Below, in pieces: positions 37,742 through 48,099 of a DNA stretch of 64,000 nt. Under the pieces are notes generated by a model. It was not told the DNA's origin and did not search any database. It worked only from the letters and a program-made list of their open reading frames with translations. Source of the DNA: Poseidonia sp. (GTDB lineage: Archaea > Thermoplasmatota > Poseidoniia > Poseidoniales > Poseidoniaceae); contig JBMZJQ010000002.1 in NCBI GenBank assembly GCA_049617635.1, positions 8,558-72,557 of the forward strand. The letters run 5' to 3'. A program made the translations under genes and the position numbers. Position 1 is the stretch's first letter. Each line of letters begins with the position of its first letter.

Positions 37742-40700
37742 ATGCTGAAGCAACGTTGGACGGCCGTCATGTTCGTGTGCATGATGGCGTTTGCTGGCTG
37801 CCTTGGAGCCACGGAACCTCCTGCGATTGAGGAGCCAGAAGGCCCGTCCACCTACAGCATCGCCTTCACTTGGGTCCTTCAACCTCAACAAATCCAGTTG
37901 GGAGAAGAAGCCGTGTATCTGTATGCTGTTCAGCAGGACGGAGAAGGTCTGTTTAGCCGAGAAATCTCCGTGTTGGATCCCTCGTTCAGACCCCTGGCGG
38001 TGACCTTGAGCGAACAAGCGAATGGCGACCAATTTTCCTTCGTACCCCAAACCGTTGGCGAGCACATCGTCTCGGTCAAGTTGGCCAACACCGGCACGTC
38101 TGAAATGGTCCCTGAACTGCAGCCTGTCGTCACTGTTCTCGATGTCCTCGCACCCGACGAACCCGCCCCCATCATCACCACCACCCCTCGATTGGTGCTC
38201 GAAGAACCAAACATTGTCTGGTTCGAAGGTTCGGTCACCCACACCACCGTTGAGTCGTGCACGATTGAATACACCATTTCAGACGGAAACGAGGGGCGAC
38301 TTACGCTTGATGAAAACAATGCGTGGAAGGTCCTTCTCGACTTTACAGAAGCCACGGAGTCCCACACCATTACGACGACGGCTACGTGCGGCTCGTTCAC
38401 GGTGCTAAGTGACGTTGTGACCACCCAAGTACTGATTGAAGGAGCAGGTGACGATGAGGACGGAGATGGTGTTCAGAACGTCAACGACCGGTGCCCGAAT
38501 GGCATCGGCGCCAACCAAGGATGGCAGAGCACACCAGCAACCGACGGTGACCAAGACGGTTGTCGAGACAACGATGAAGATGAAGACGATGACAACGATG
38601 GCATCATCGACACCTACGACGGCTGTCCGACATCCTACGGTTGGGTGAGCACGCCAAGTGCGGATTACGATTACGATGGATGCCACGATGCTGATGAAGA
38701 CACCGACGATGACAACGACGGCGTTGAAGATGAGGTGGATGATTGCCAAGTGGGTCGAAAAGGCTGGGCCTCCAACCGCTACAGTGACTGGGACAACGAC
38801 GGTTGTTCGGATTTGGACGAAGACGATAACGACGACAATGACGACCACCTCGACGTTGACGACCTCTGCCCGAAAGGAGTTGCATCTTGGGTATCCGATG
38901 CATCAAGTGATTGGGACAACGACGGTTGTCAGGATGCCACTGAGGATGAGGACGACGACAACGACAACGTGAACGACGTGAATGAAACCGGAGCTGTTCT
39001 GGACCTTTGCCCACAAACGCCACGAAATGCAACAGACGTGAATGAAGTAGGCTGCGCCGCCATCGAGCGAGACACCGACAACGACGGCGTCAACGATTTG
39101 GACGACCAGTGCGAAGGCACCCCCAGTGGTTTGAGCGTCAATTCGTTTGGATGCGCTGATCTGGACGGTGATGGTGTGTTTGCCAACGTGGACCTGTGTA
39201 CCAATTCTCCTGACCGATGGACGGTCGATGCACAAGGGTGTGCTGTGGTCCAGCGTCCCGTCGCATGGACCGATGCAAGCTCGCTCAACGGACCGATGCA
39301 AGTGGTTCCACAATTCTCATTCCCAACACTGAACGGTTCGTTTAACTTCAAAGACCGATGGACCGGTCACGACGTCTATTTCTTCATGTTCAAGTACACG
39401 GATTCTTCAGGGAACAACAACGGTGCAACTTGGGGCCAAAACCCAGGGAAGTTCATACGTAACCTCCCTGAAAACACACATCTGTTCTACGGCTCCTTTG
39501 ACAACTCCTATCACAACGATGTCGTACAACAACGAAACGCTGTCTTGGCTGGTTTAACGACCTCTGAGGAAGCCTACTGGGACGATCGCATCCACTACAT
39601 CGATATCGACGCAAGCAACCTCGGTGGAGGCCTCGGCTCGATGATTCAGAATTTCAACAATCCATTCTTCATGGGCATCGACCGATTCCAACTGTCGCGG
39701 GAAACCGGGTCGCTTTACGCATGGACTTCACAATCCAACGACCCTTACCACCTCTCGTACGAAGCCAACCAGTGGGTCGCTGAATTCCCAACCAAGGTGA
39801 GAGCACAGGACCCAGCCGTTCACGCAGTGAGCGTGATGGATTTTCAACGCCACACCGGTGGCTGGGGTGGAGGGCACTCATCGTTTACCAACGCTACCTT
39901 CCAGTTACCAAATAATCTGTCTTCGTACGACACCCTCGAAGTGTATCACGAACATGCATGCTACGAACGTAAAAATCGATATCAGAACGCCGACGGAAGT
40001 TATGGCGGATGCCACGAATGGGATTACCTCGCTTATCTCTATGTCTGCGATGCCAACAACAATTCGGTGTGCAATACAGAAATGGTTCGCTGGATCACCA
40101 CGTACGGGCGAGAAGGAATGTGGCTTACCGACATCTCCCCCTATTTGTTCATGCTCAATGACGGTGAAGAGCGCCGATTCAAATATGCAGGTGCCAATCG
40201 TGGAGACTTGACTGTGACCTTCCTGTTTAGCAATTGGGACAGTGGTACAAGAGCCATCAATGCAACTTACGCCTTCAGCGGCGGGCAATTTGACGGGACT
40301 TACAACAACGAATCCCGTTACAACCGTCAACTCAACTTCACCGTTCCTTCAGAAGCAACGGGTGTGAAGATTGTGGCCACCATTACGGGCCATGGATTCC
40401 AGAAAGACACGGCCAACTGTGCTGAGTTCTGTGACCACCAACACTACTACACGATGGGCACCCACCAAACCTACGAGTGGCATCCCATCGTGTACAGCAG
40501 CGAAGGTTGTGAGAACGAAGTCAACAACGGCGTGGTGGCCAATCAATACGGCTCATGGCCCTTTGGCCGTGCAGGATGGTGTGCGGGCCAAGACGTCAAA
40601 CAATGGACATACGATATCACGGATTGGGTGGACAACACCACCAGTAACCATCTGGTCTACCGTGGATACTACAACGGCGCCGAATACGTTCCATCCGACG

Positions 40701-40771
40701 GTATTGGCAACGGTGGCAGAAACATTCGTGCCGTGATCTGGATTGTCTTCTACGGGCCTACAACTGCATAG
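37742..40771 (+). CDS. Lipoprotein with thrombospondin type-3 Ca-binding repeats and a C-terminal PNGase F-like domain
   Basis: Lipobox MAFAGC; repeated D.D.DG...D.CP and DWDNDGC.D; C-terminal EWDY, RWITTYG, TGHG, CAEFC, RAGWC motifs. Confidence 0.8.
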   Translation: MLKQRWTAVMFVCMMAFAGCLGATEPPAIEEPEGPSTYSIAFTWVLQPQQIQLGEEAVYLYAVQQDGEGLFSREISVLDPSFRPLAVTLSEQANGDQFSFVPQTVGEHIVSVKLANTGTSEMVPELQPVVTVLDVLAPDEPAPIITTTPRLVLEEPNIVWFEGSVTHTTVESCTIEYTISDGNEGRLTLDENNAWKVLLDFTEATESHTITTTATCGSFTVLSDVVTTQVLIEGAGDDEDGDGVQNVNDRCPNGIGANQGWQSTPATDGDQDGCRDNDEDEDDDNDGIIDTYDGCPTSYGWVSTPSADYDYDGCHDADEDTDDDNDGVEDEVDDCQVGRKGWASNRYSDWDNDGCSDLDEDDNDDNDDHLDVDDLCPKGVASWVSDASSDWDNDGCQDATEDEDDDNDNVNDVNETGAVLDLCPQTPRNATDVNEVGCAAIERDTDNDGVNDLDDQCEGTPSGLSVNSFGCADLDGDGVFANVDLCTNSPDRWTVDAQGCAVVQRPVAWTDASSLNGPMQVVPQFSFPTLNGSFNFKDRWTGHDVYFFMFKYTDSSGNNNGATWGQNPGKFIRNLPENTHLFYGSFDNSYHNDVVQQRNAVLAGLTTSEEAYWDDRIHYIDIDASNLGGGLGSMIQNFNNPFFMGIDRFQLSRETGSLYAWTSQSNDPYHLSYEANQWVAEFPTKVRAQDPAVHAVSVMDFQRHTGGWGGGHSSFTNATFQLPNNLSSYDTLEVYHEHACYERKNRYQNADGSYGGCHEWDYLAYLYVCDANNNSVCNTEMVRWITTYGREGMWLTDISPYLFMLNDGEERRFKYAGANRGDLTVTFLFSNWDSGTRAINATYAFSGGQFDGTYNNESRYNRQLNFTVPSEATGVKIVATITGHGFQKDTANCAEFCDHQHYYTMGTHQTYEWHPIVYSSEGCENEVNNGVVANQYGSWPFGRAGWCAGQDVKQWTYDITDWVDNTTSNHLVYRGYYNGAEYVPSDGIGNGGRNIRAVIWIVFYGPTTA

Positions 40772-41939
40772 GTGTAGGGGAAGCAAGTTGCTCGGATTGA
40801 ACCAGCAGGGTTGTCTCGAGGTGGAGATAATCGCTGTCACGCCGTTGCGGTGTGAATCCTGCTCGTAGGATGGAGGATTGCAGTTCTGTTTCAGAAGCTT
40901 CCAGTTTGGTGGTTCCTGATGCAGAAACCACGTTTTCTTCCATCATGGTGGAACCTGCATCGTCTGCCCCCCCGAGCAAGGCCATTTGGGCGACGTGAAT
41001 ACCCATGGTTGGCCACGACGCTTGGATATGCTCGATGTTGTCCAAAAACAAACGTGAGACGGCAACATGGCGGAGATATTCAGAGGAGCCTGCCCCAAGG
41101 ACGTGTTTGTTTTGTCCACGGTTTCGACGGCCGAATGAATTGACTTCCAACTGGACTGGCCAAGCAATAAACGAAGTGAATCCGTTGTTGTGCTCTCCAA
41201 GGGAACGGTCTTGTAACTCACGCAACCGCATCATGTGTTCAATGCGTTGTTTGGCGTCTTCTCCAAATCCAATAACGTTGGTGGCACTGGTGGTCAAACC
41301 AAGCGATTGTGCTTCGCCCATCACTCGGAGCCAGTTGGCGGGTGCGCCTTTCTTTGGAGAGACATCTTTGCGAACGTCATCCACCAACATCTCTGCTCCA
41401 CCCCCAGGCAAGCCGTGCATCCCTGCTTCCTTCAGGTGAGCAAGCACGTCCAATGTGCTCATGTTGCACACTTCAGCCAAGCCTTCAATTTCTATTGGGC
41501 TAAAACAATCGAGGTCGATGGTCGGATGGTTGGTTCGAAGATGCTTCAAGAGGTCGGTGTACCATGCAAACGGCAACGATGGATTCACTCCACCCTGCAT
41601 CAAAATACGAGAGCCCCCGATGGCTTCCAATTCACGTACACGGCCGGAAATTTCCTCGTAGGTTTGCGTGTAGGTCTCGTCGTGACCTGGTGGGCGGTAG
41701 AACGAACAGAACTGGCAGTTGATCGTACAGACATTTGTGTAGTTGATGTTGCGATCGACAAGATACGTCACAAAACCTTCGGGATGCATGGCCATCCGTC
41801 GTTGGTGGGCAGCCTGCATCAAGGCATGAAGTGGGGCATTCTCATACAACTCCACGCCTTCGTCAACACGCAAGCGAAGGGAGGCGGCTGTGGAACGACT
41901 CCATGTGGCTTGCCGCTGGAGAATCTCTCGCCACTGCAT
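40758..41939 (-). CDS. mqnC: Cyclic dehypoxanthine futalosine synthase (CofH/MqnC radical SAM family)
   Basis: DRNINYTNVCTINCQFCSF, QGG..P, PGGGAE, QASW, GSTMMEENVVS. Confidence 0.85.
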   Translation of the reverse strand: MQWREILQRQATWSRSTAASLRLRVDEGVELYENAPLHALMQAAHQRRMAMHPEGFVTYLVDRNINYTNVCTINCQFCSFYRPPGHDETYTQTYEEISGRVRELEAIGGSRILMQGGVNPSLPFAWYTDLLKHLRTNHPTIDLDCFSPIEIEGLAEVCNMSTLDVLAHLKEAGMHGLPGGGAEMLVDDVRKDVSPKKGAPANWLRVMGEAQSLGLTTSATNVIGFGEDAKQRIEHMMRLRELQDRSLGEHNNGFTSFIAWPVQLEVNSFGRRNRGQNKHVLGAGSSEYLRHVAVSRLFLDNIEHIQASWPTMGIHVAQMALLGGADDAGSTMMEENVVSASGTTKLEASETELQSSILRAGFTPQRRDSDYLHLETTLLVQSEQLASPTPMQL

Positions 41940-41948
41940 CGGACCACC

Positions 41949-43322
41949 TCAAGGCAAAGGTGTGCCAACAATGCGTTCGATGTCTTCAACGGTTTTTGGA
42001 CAATCTTCGGTAAGAATCACGGGGCCGTCGTTGGTGATCAGCACATCATCTTCTATTCGAATCCCAATGTTGGCGTAGCGCTCCGGACAATCCACATCGG
42101 GGCGCCAAGCACCAAAGTAGAGCCCTGGTTCAATCGTCAGGCACATCCCTGGTTCGAGTGTTCGTGGCGTCCCACCCGGTTTGTAAACGCCAGCATCGTG
42201 CACGTCAAGCCCAATCCAGTGGCTGGTGTTGTGCATGTACCAGTTACGAAGTTCTCCATTCTCCATGTCAAGCGCGTCTTCGAGACTTTGCTCAATGACG
42301 CCCAATCGAATCAGGCCTTCTGCCAAGACTTTCCGAGCTGCTTCGTGTGGAGCGGTGTACGGCTGACCAACTTGACATGCTTCAATGGCAGCGTATTGGG
42401 CATCAAGCACCACCTGGTAAATTTCCTTCTGTGGTTCAGTAAACACACCCGAGATGGGCCAGGAACGGGTGATATCGCTGGCGTACCCTCGGTACTCGGC
42501 CCCGGCATCAATCAGAATGACTTCATCGTCCTTGCAAACATCCTGATTGGTTGTGTAGTGGAGGATGGTTGCATTTTCACCGCAGCCAACGATGGAAGGG
42601 TACGACCAGCCCGATGCACCGGCGTAGGAAAAGAACCCCTCGATGACCGATTGCAGTTGGAATTCAGTCACGCCGGTTCGACTGTGTCGCATGGCGAGTT
42701 CGTGGGCTATACTGGCCACCTTGCTCGCAAACACCATTTGTTCAATTTCTGATTCAGATTTACGAAGTCGTAATTCTGCAATCAATCCCGAGGGGTCCTC
42801 TACCGATACGGGACCGGAACCGAAGTGTTGACGTGCGCGGTCTCGGCGACGAACGGCTTGTTCGACAAGTGAGTCCACCTCGTCATGAATGCCCCCGCGG
42901 ACAAACACTCGGCGTGCATCAACAAGCCATTCACCGAGATGCTGAGCAAGGTGGTTGTGGTCATATGCTTCGTCAACGGCAAAGTTTGCGAGAGCACCTT
43001 CAACGCCTGGACGACGTCCTTCCCAGATTTCTTTGAGCGTGTCCTTGGGTTGGACGAAAAGTGAAGATATCCAGTTGCCATCGGTATTCCGAAGAACCAT
43101 GATCGATTCAGGTTCGGTCCAGCCCGTAAGATAGAGTAAATCACTTGACGTACGGTAACGGTACTCGACATCGTTGGAATGAACAGCGAAGGCAGGTGAA
43201 GAAAGAATCAACAGGTCATTGCTTCGAAATTGCGATGTGAGACGCTCTTGTCGCTCTCGAAACTCTTGGACACCGGTGGGTTTGGGTTGTTCAGGCAACC
43301 TCGCAAACGCTTCAGCGAACAT
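41949..43322 (-). CDS. pepP: Xaa-Pro aminopeptidase (aminopeptidase P)
   Basis: RLRKS..EI, LHY, IDAG, YASDITR, H...HWIGLDVHD, TIEPGLY, GIRIEDD. Confidence 0.93.
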   Translation of the reverse strand: MFAEAFARLPEQPKPTGVQEFRERQERLTSQFRSNDLLILSSPAFAVHSNDVEYRYRTSSDLLYLTGWTEPESIMVLRNTDGNWISSLFVQPKDTLKEIWEGRRPGVEGALANFAVDEAYDHNHLAQHLGEWLVDARRVFVRGGIHDEVDSLVEQAVRRRDRARQHFGSGPVSVEDPSGLIAELRLRKSESEIEQMVFASKVASIAHELAMRHSRTGVTEFQLQSVIEGFFSYAGASGWSYPSIVGCGENATILHYTTNQDVCKDDEVILIDAGAEYRGYASDITRSWPISGVFTEPQKEIYQVVLDAQYAAIEACQVGQPYTAPHEAARKVLAEGLIRLGVIEQSLEDALDMENGELRNWYMHNTSHWIGLDVHDAGVYKPGGTPRTLEPGMCLTIEPGLYFGAWRPDVDCPERYANIGIRIEDDVLITNDGPVILTEDCPKTVEDIERIVGTPLP

Positions 43323-43337
43323 GATGTATCCTCGCGC

Positions 43338-44897
43338 TTAGTCTTCTTGAATCGTTGCATTGTCACCCATCGGGTCGTCCATGTTTTCGAAGCCCGATTG
43401 CACCGTGACGTTCTGCCACTTTGGCAATTCAGAATCCGATGCCGATTGCGAGCGTTGCCAAAGCAAACCACCAGCGGCAACGAGGACAACCAACAAGCCG
43501 ATACCCAAAACAGAGGGTTGGACAGATGCAGATGCATCTTCGCTCGGATCGGTGATTTCAGCAAAAACCACAGCGCTGTCCGTGGCTCCGTCGTCATCAA
43601 ACACAATCAATTCAACTTCAAATACGCCGTCGGATGGGAAGTCTTCTCTGGTGAGTTCGGGAACACCACGAATGGATTGACTCCCATCAATCACCCAGAG
43701 ATACTCCACCGGTTCGTTGTCCATGCTCGCCAATCCACTGATGCTCCAGTTTTGTTCCGGTCCAAGTTTGATGGTCTGTTGGGGGCTCGTGGTGAGACCA
43801 TCAACGGTAAGGATGGCTTTTGGCTTGAGGTTTTCAACGCTAAATGTTTTGTTGACTTTGACCGTTTTACCCGACAGGTCAGTTGCCGTGACTTCAACGC
43901 CATACACGCCGGAGAATGATAGATTCAATCGTAGATGGTCGTTTGATTGTACTTCATCAGGAGTGGGTGCACGACTCGTCCCGTTTTCATGGGAGATTAC
44001 CCAAGTGTATGTCGCCGCTGCACCTTCGTATCCATCCTCAAACTCTGTGTGTACGTGAAACGGTTTCGATTCGCTGATGACATCGTCGATGACAAGGTCA
44101 ACCGTTGGAGATTGTGTATCGTGAAGCAGGTTCAATCGCACCTCACCTGAAGAGCGAAGCAGATTGTCGTCTACAGTGAGGTCAACTTGCCAAATCCCCT
44201 CATGAAGCCCGAGGGTCGTTGCGTTCATCATCACCGATAATTGAGTCGAGTCCAAGGTGTAGCCCAGTTGATGCGTGTCCGGTGCGGAAACACACACACC
44301 GAATGGTGCCTCACAGAACGAACCGAACACTTGAAGCAGTTCGGTTGATGATTGGGGCAGCGATAGTTCGGTTTCATACAAGAAGTTCCCTTCATCCGAA
44401 AGAAGGGTCGGCTGACCTTCCAGGGTCATCATCGTAGGATGGAGTTCACCGAGCAACACAGGACGATGGTGTTGGTCACCCAAGTAGACGACGGTGCTGA
44501 ACCGTTGCTCGATGTGCCCGCTATCTTCTGCTCTTAATTCGATATAACACGTGCATGAATGTGAAGCCCGTTCCACGACCAAGGTCCATGCAAATTCGCC
44601 TTCCGAGACGGGTGAAACCGATGTTAAGAACGGCCCACTCAACAAGGTAATGGGCGTTTGACCGCTGATGTTGACAATCGACCAGGTGGTGTTTCGCAGA
44701 GGGAGATTTGATGTGCCACTGAGATTGATTGTCCCATCAGAGAAGGTGGTGTTTTCATGGTGAAATACCACGACCAAAGGCGGCGCATCAGCTTCAAGGT
44801 GCGCTGCTTGCGATGAATTGGGAAAGAAACTGAACATCAGCACCATCAACACGATGATGACTGGCCTCCAGCGGCGAGGTTGAGGATTCATCTGCAT
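43338..44897 (-). CDS. Secreted PKD-domain surface protein with C-terminal TM
   Basis: Signal peptide; S.DN....Y.W and L.V.DDDG PKD motifs; C-terminal TM. Confidence 0.7.
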   Translation of the reverse strand: MQMNPQPRRWRPVIIVLMVLMFSFFPNSSQAAHLEADAPPLVVVFHHENTTFSDGTINLSGTSNLPLRNTTWSIVNISGQTPITLLSGPFLTSVSPVSEGEFAWTLVVERASHSCTCYIELRAEDSGHIEQRFSTVVYLGDQHHRPVLLGELHPTMMTLEGQPTLLSDEGNFLYETELSLPQSSTELLQVFGSFCEAPFGVCVSAPDTHQLGYTLDSTQLSVMMNATTLGLHEGIWQVDLTVDDNLLRSSGEVRLNLLHDTQSPTVDLVIDDVISESKPFHVHTEFEDGYEGAAATYTWVISHENGTSRAPTPDEVQSNDHLRLNLSFSGVYGVEVTATDLSGKTVKVNKTFSVENLKPKAILTVDGLTTSPQQTIKLGPEQNWSISGLASMDNEPVEYLWVIDGSQSIRGVPELTREDFPSDGVFEVELIVFDDDGATDSAVVFAEITDPSEDASASVQPSVLGIGLLVVLVAAGGLLWQRSQSASDSELPKWQNVTVQSGFENMDDPMGDNATIQED

Positions 44898-44904
44898 CGC
44901 TGCC

Positions 44905-47900
44905 TCAATCACTGAACGGATCGCACAACTCACCTTGTCCGGGGTAGGATACAGGGTTGCGTGGGTTGGTGTCCCACTTGTACTCACAGAAATTCACGTG
45001 TCCGTCGCCATCGGTATCCACCATACGGTCTGCTCCGTCGTACGGATCAAACTGGAAGTGATACTCCCAACCCGTGGCCATACCATCGTCGTCGTGGTCC
45101 TGATAGTAGACTTCTGGCCCGTCGTTCCAATCGTCACCATCGGTGTCGTTGGAAATCGGGTTGGTTCCGTTTTGCATCTCCTCGTAATTGGTGTAATTCT
45201 CGAGGTTATCGTAAAACCGCTGACCGTCGGGCGTGTCGGGGTTGATATTGCACTCGGAGTTCGTGGAATCGTTGTATCCAGGGCAGTAGCGCTTGAGCAA
45301 TCCAGTTCGGTTGAGACCATCGTTGTCAGGGTCTTCAAAGCCATCGTCAATGCCGTCCAAGTCGCTGTCGGGCATGGACGGATCCATCACACCACGGGCG
45401 CCGTAAACACCGACTGTTTCGTTATCGACGAGACCAGATTCAAAAGCCAATTGCGAGTAATGGACTTCCCAACCGTCTGGCAACAGGTCGCCATCGGTAT
45501 CATCGTCAACAGGGTTGGTGTTCCAACGGTCGGGGGCTTCCATGCCGTTGGCGAGAGTGTCGTTGTCAATGTCAAACGTATCGTCTTTCATGGAGCCGAG
45601 CGAAGGGTCGAGTGCCCATCGACCGTTACAACCGTCACACAAGGTGTTGGTCGGCATTTGGAATCCCGTGAGGTTCATTTCGCTCACTTGGAATTTTGGT
45701 TCCAAGGCGAAGCCGCCGAGCCAATTCTGCCACACATATCCACCGGGCTGCATGGTGCAGGAACTGGTCTGCGTTGATTCACATCCAGGGCGGGACCATG
45801 TTGAAGTGGCCACCCACAAACTGTGGGAATTCGTGTTGTCCTCAGCAGACTTCACCTGCATCTCCCAGCCATCGAGCATGCCATCAGCATCGGTGTCGTT
45901 GAGGAGCGGATTGGTTGGGTTTTGGAACGGACGAGGTACAAAGAGCACTTCTTGACCGTCAATGAGGCCGTCATCATCGGTATCTGAATTGTTGGCGTGC
46001 GTGAGGAAGTTGTCTTCACCAGCGACGACTTCTTCACCGTCTTCCAGTCCATCGTTGTCGGTATCAAACATGCACGGGCTGGTCGAGTAGCTCTCGCCCT
46101 CCCACATGAAATTGTCACCGGCTTCTTCGAGGTCCGTCAAGCCATCAGAGTCCGTATCTGGATTCGAGGCGTTGGAGCCACCGAGGTTGCAGGTGGAGGA
46201 AAATTCTTGGTAATCCGAGAGCCCATCGGCGTCGGTGTCGTAAAGGCCGGGATCAGAAGTCACCCACGTTGGTTGAACACCACGGTTGACAACCAAAATT
46301 TCCCATCCCATGACCTCAACACCGTCCATCAAACCATCGTTGTCGGTATCGGGGTTCAACGGATCTGTGCTCCTACCGTCGAGGATACCGTCTCGGTCAC
46401 GATCGTTGGCTTTGTATTCCATCACGTTCGTGAAACGCTCTTCCTCCTCGACAATGTTCATCCAGCTGAACAACCGAGAGTCCACGGTTTGACCAACGAC
46501 GACGTTGATGGCATACACATAGCCGTCAACGGGCGCTCGCATAGGAATGACCTGCTGGTTTCCACCAGCGAGCGTGATTCGAGCAGATGCCACTTGCTGG
46601 TTTGCTTCGACCTGTTGGCCGAGCGTGACTTCAAGGCTGTGAACGAAGGCCGTGTTTTCGAGCGTGCTGTACATAACATCGCCGTCGCCATCCAAGTCAT
46701 AGCCGTCGTAATCAGGGTCTTGGTCTCGGTTCAGGGCGGAGCGTGGGTGGAGTCCATTGGAGGCTTCCCACTGGTCGGGCATGTCGTCTTGGTCAGTGTC
46801 CTCTAGCCAAGGTGAAGTGAAGTTTCCTTCGCCAAAGATTTGAGCAACTTGGTACTCCTCGAGATTGTTCATGCCGTCTTCGTCCCAGTCACCATAACCG
46901 TCTGAAGCGTTGGATGGATTCAATACGTAGGATGGATTTGGAGCCATACCCTCAATCGAATAACAGTATTCGAAGCCGTCGGGCATACCATCACCGTCGG
47001 TATCCCAATCGGATGGCCCGTTGAGGAGACCGTCGTTGTCCATGTCCATCATGAACCAACTTCGCTCAACGCCGAAGAACGGTCCAACCCGAGGAACTGG
47101 GTCAAGCAATTTCTCGTTGCATTGCTCACCCATGCCCATGTAAAGTGCAATGGTCTCGTTGGCCACTTCGACGATATCGTCAATCAGGTCGTTGTCAGAG
47201 TCACGAGCTGTTGGGTTTGTTCCAAACGATTCTTCTTCGAAGTTGGCGAGACCGTCATCGTCGGTGTCAAGAACCATGTCACAAGAATGACGGCCGTTCG
47301 AGGCCAAATCATCCCAATCAGCCATTCCGTTTTCGCCGTTAAATCGGTCCTCGAGGGCGTCCACCATGGCTTGGTCAAGCAGCAGGCAGTCCCAGTTGCC
47401 GTCGAGAGGATTGAACAGAATCACTTCACCACCGGGCGTTTGGACACCCATTGTGTACAACGACTCCCAACGATCGTTGAGTCCATCGTTGTCCGTGTCA
47501 GCGCGTTGGGGGTCGGTACCCAACTCGGCCTCTGCGGCGTTGGTCAAACCGTCACGGTCGGGGTCGCCATTGGGGCCTTGGCTTGGATCAGGCCATGATT
47601 CACTCTCGTTTTCCATGGATTCAGCCTCGGTATTTTCACTTTGGGTCGGGTCGAGCGTTTGATCCTCGGATTCCCCATTGTCCAACGGATTGAGGCCGTG
47701 GGCTACTTCCCAACCATCGCTTAAGCCATCGTTATCCGTATCCGGGTCGTTGACATCGGTACCGTATTGAGTCTCTTCCAACTTGTCAGAGAGACCATCG
47801 CCATCGCTGTCCATAGCTTCGGCCATCAACTCCGATTCACCACGAATATCCTCTTCCACTGCACTCTCGAATCCACCCACGTTTTCACTGGTTTGGAAAA

Positions 47901-47985
47901 ACCCGGAAACACCCACAAAGAGTGAACCAAAAATCAAGGTAGAAACGATTGCAACATACGCCATTTGGTTGTGGTTGAGGCTCAT
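44905..47985 (-). CDS. Large acidic surface protein with many DxDxDG Ca-binding repeats
   Basis: N-terminal TM; repeated DTD.DGL.DG.E and T.P...DTD units along the whole length. Confidence 0.8.
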   Translation of the reverse strand: MSLNHNQMAYVAIVSTLIFGSLFVGVSGFFQTSENVGGFESAVEEDIRGESELMAEAMDSDGDGLSDKLEETQYGTDVNDPDTDNDGLSDGWEVAHGLNPLDNGESEDQTLDPTQSENTEAESMENESESWPDPSQGPNGDPDRDGLTNAAEAELGTDPQRADTDNDGLNDRWESLYTMGVQTPGGEVILFNPLDGNWDCLLLDQAMVDALEDRFNGENGMADWDDLASNGRHSCDMVLDTDDDGLANFEEESFGTNPTARDSDNDLIDDIVEVANETIALYMGMGEQCNEKLLDPVPRVGPFFGVERSWFMMDMDNDGLLNGPSDWDTDGDGMPDGFEYCYSIEGMAPNPSYVLNPSNASDGYGDWDEDGMNNLEEYQVAQIFGEGNFTSPWLEDTDQDDMPDQWEASNGLHPRSALNRDQDPDYDGYDLDGDGDVMYSTLENTAFVHSLEVTLGQQVEANQQVASARITLAGGNQQVIPMRAPVDGYVYAINVVVGQTVDSRLFSWMNIVEEEERFTNVMEYKANDRDRDGILDGRSTDPLNPDTDNDGLMDGVEVMGWEILVVNRGVQPTWVTSDPGLYDTDADGLSDYQEFSSTCNLGGSNASNPDTDSDGLTDLEEAGDNFMWEGESYSTSPCMFDTDNDGLEDGEEVVAGEDNFLTHANNSDTDDDGLIDGQEVLFVPRPFQNPTNPLLNDTDADGMLDGWEMQVKSAEDNTNSHSLWVATSTWSRPGCESTQTSSCTMQPGGYVWQNWLGGFALEPKFQVSEMNLTGFQMPTNTLCDGCNGRWALDPSLGSMKDDTFDIDNDTLANGMEAPDRWNTNPVDDDTDGDLLPDGWEVHYSQLAFESGLVDNETVGVYGARGVMDPSMPDSDLDGIDDGFEDPDNDGLNRTGLLKRYCPGYNDSTNSECNINPDTPDGQRFYDNLENYTNYEEMQNGTNPISNDTDGDDWNDGPEVYYQDHDDDGMATGWEYHFQFDPYDGADRMVDTDGDGHVNFCEYKWDTNPRNPVSYPGQGELCDPFSD

Positions 47986-48099
47986 TGGACATACCCCGCA
48001 CATCTGTGCAACTTCACCGAGGCGTTGATTCGGTTATGAACCTTGACCATCCATGAGCAAGAATCCCCGCTCGAATGCTGTACAGTTCGGCGTTTGTGT

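Noticed and set aside
38450..39240. Repetitive GACGAC/GACAAC-rich DNA resembling a repeat array
   Set aside because: Explained by Asp-rich TSP3 protein repeats. There are no identical repeats with unique spacers, so it is not CRISPR. The same applies to 44905-47985.
41235..42752. 505-aa plus-strand ORF
   Set aside because: Antisense shadow of mqnC and pepP with no recognisable motifs.
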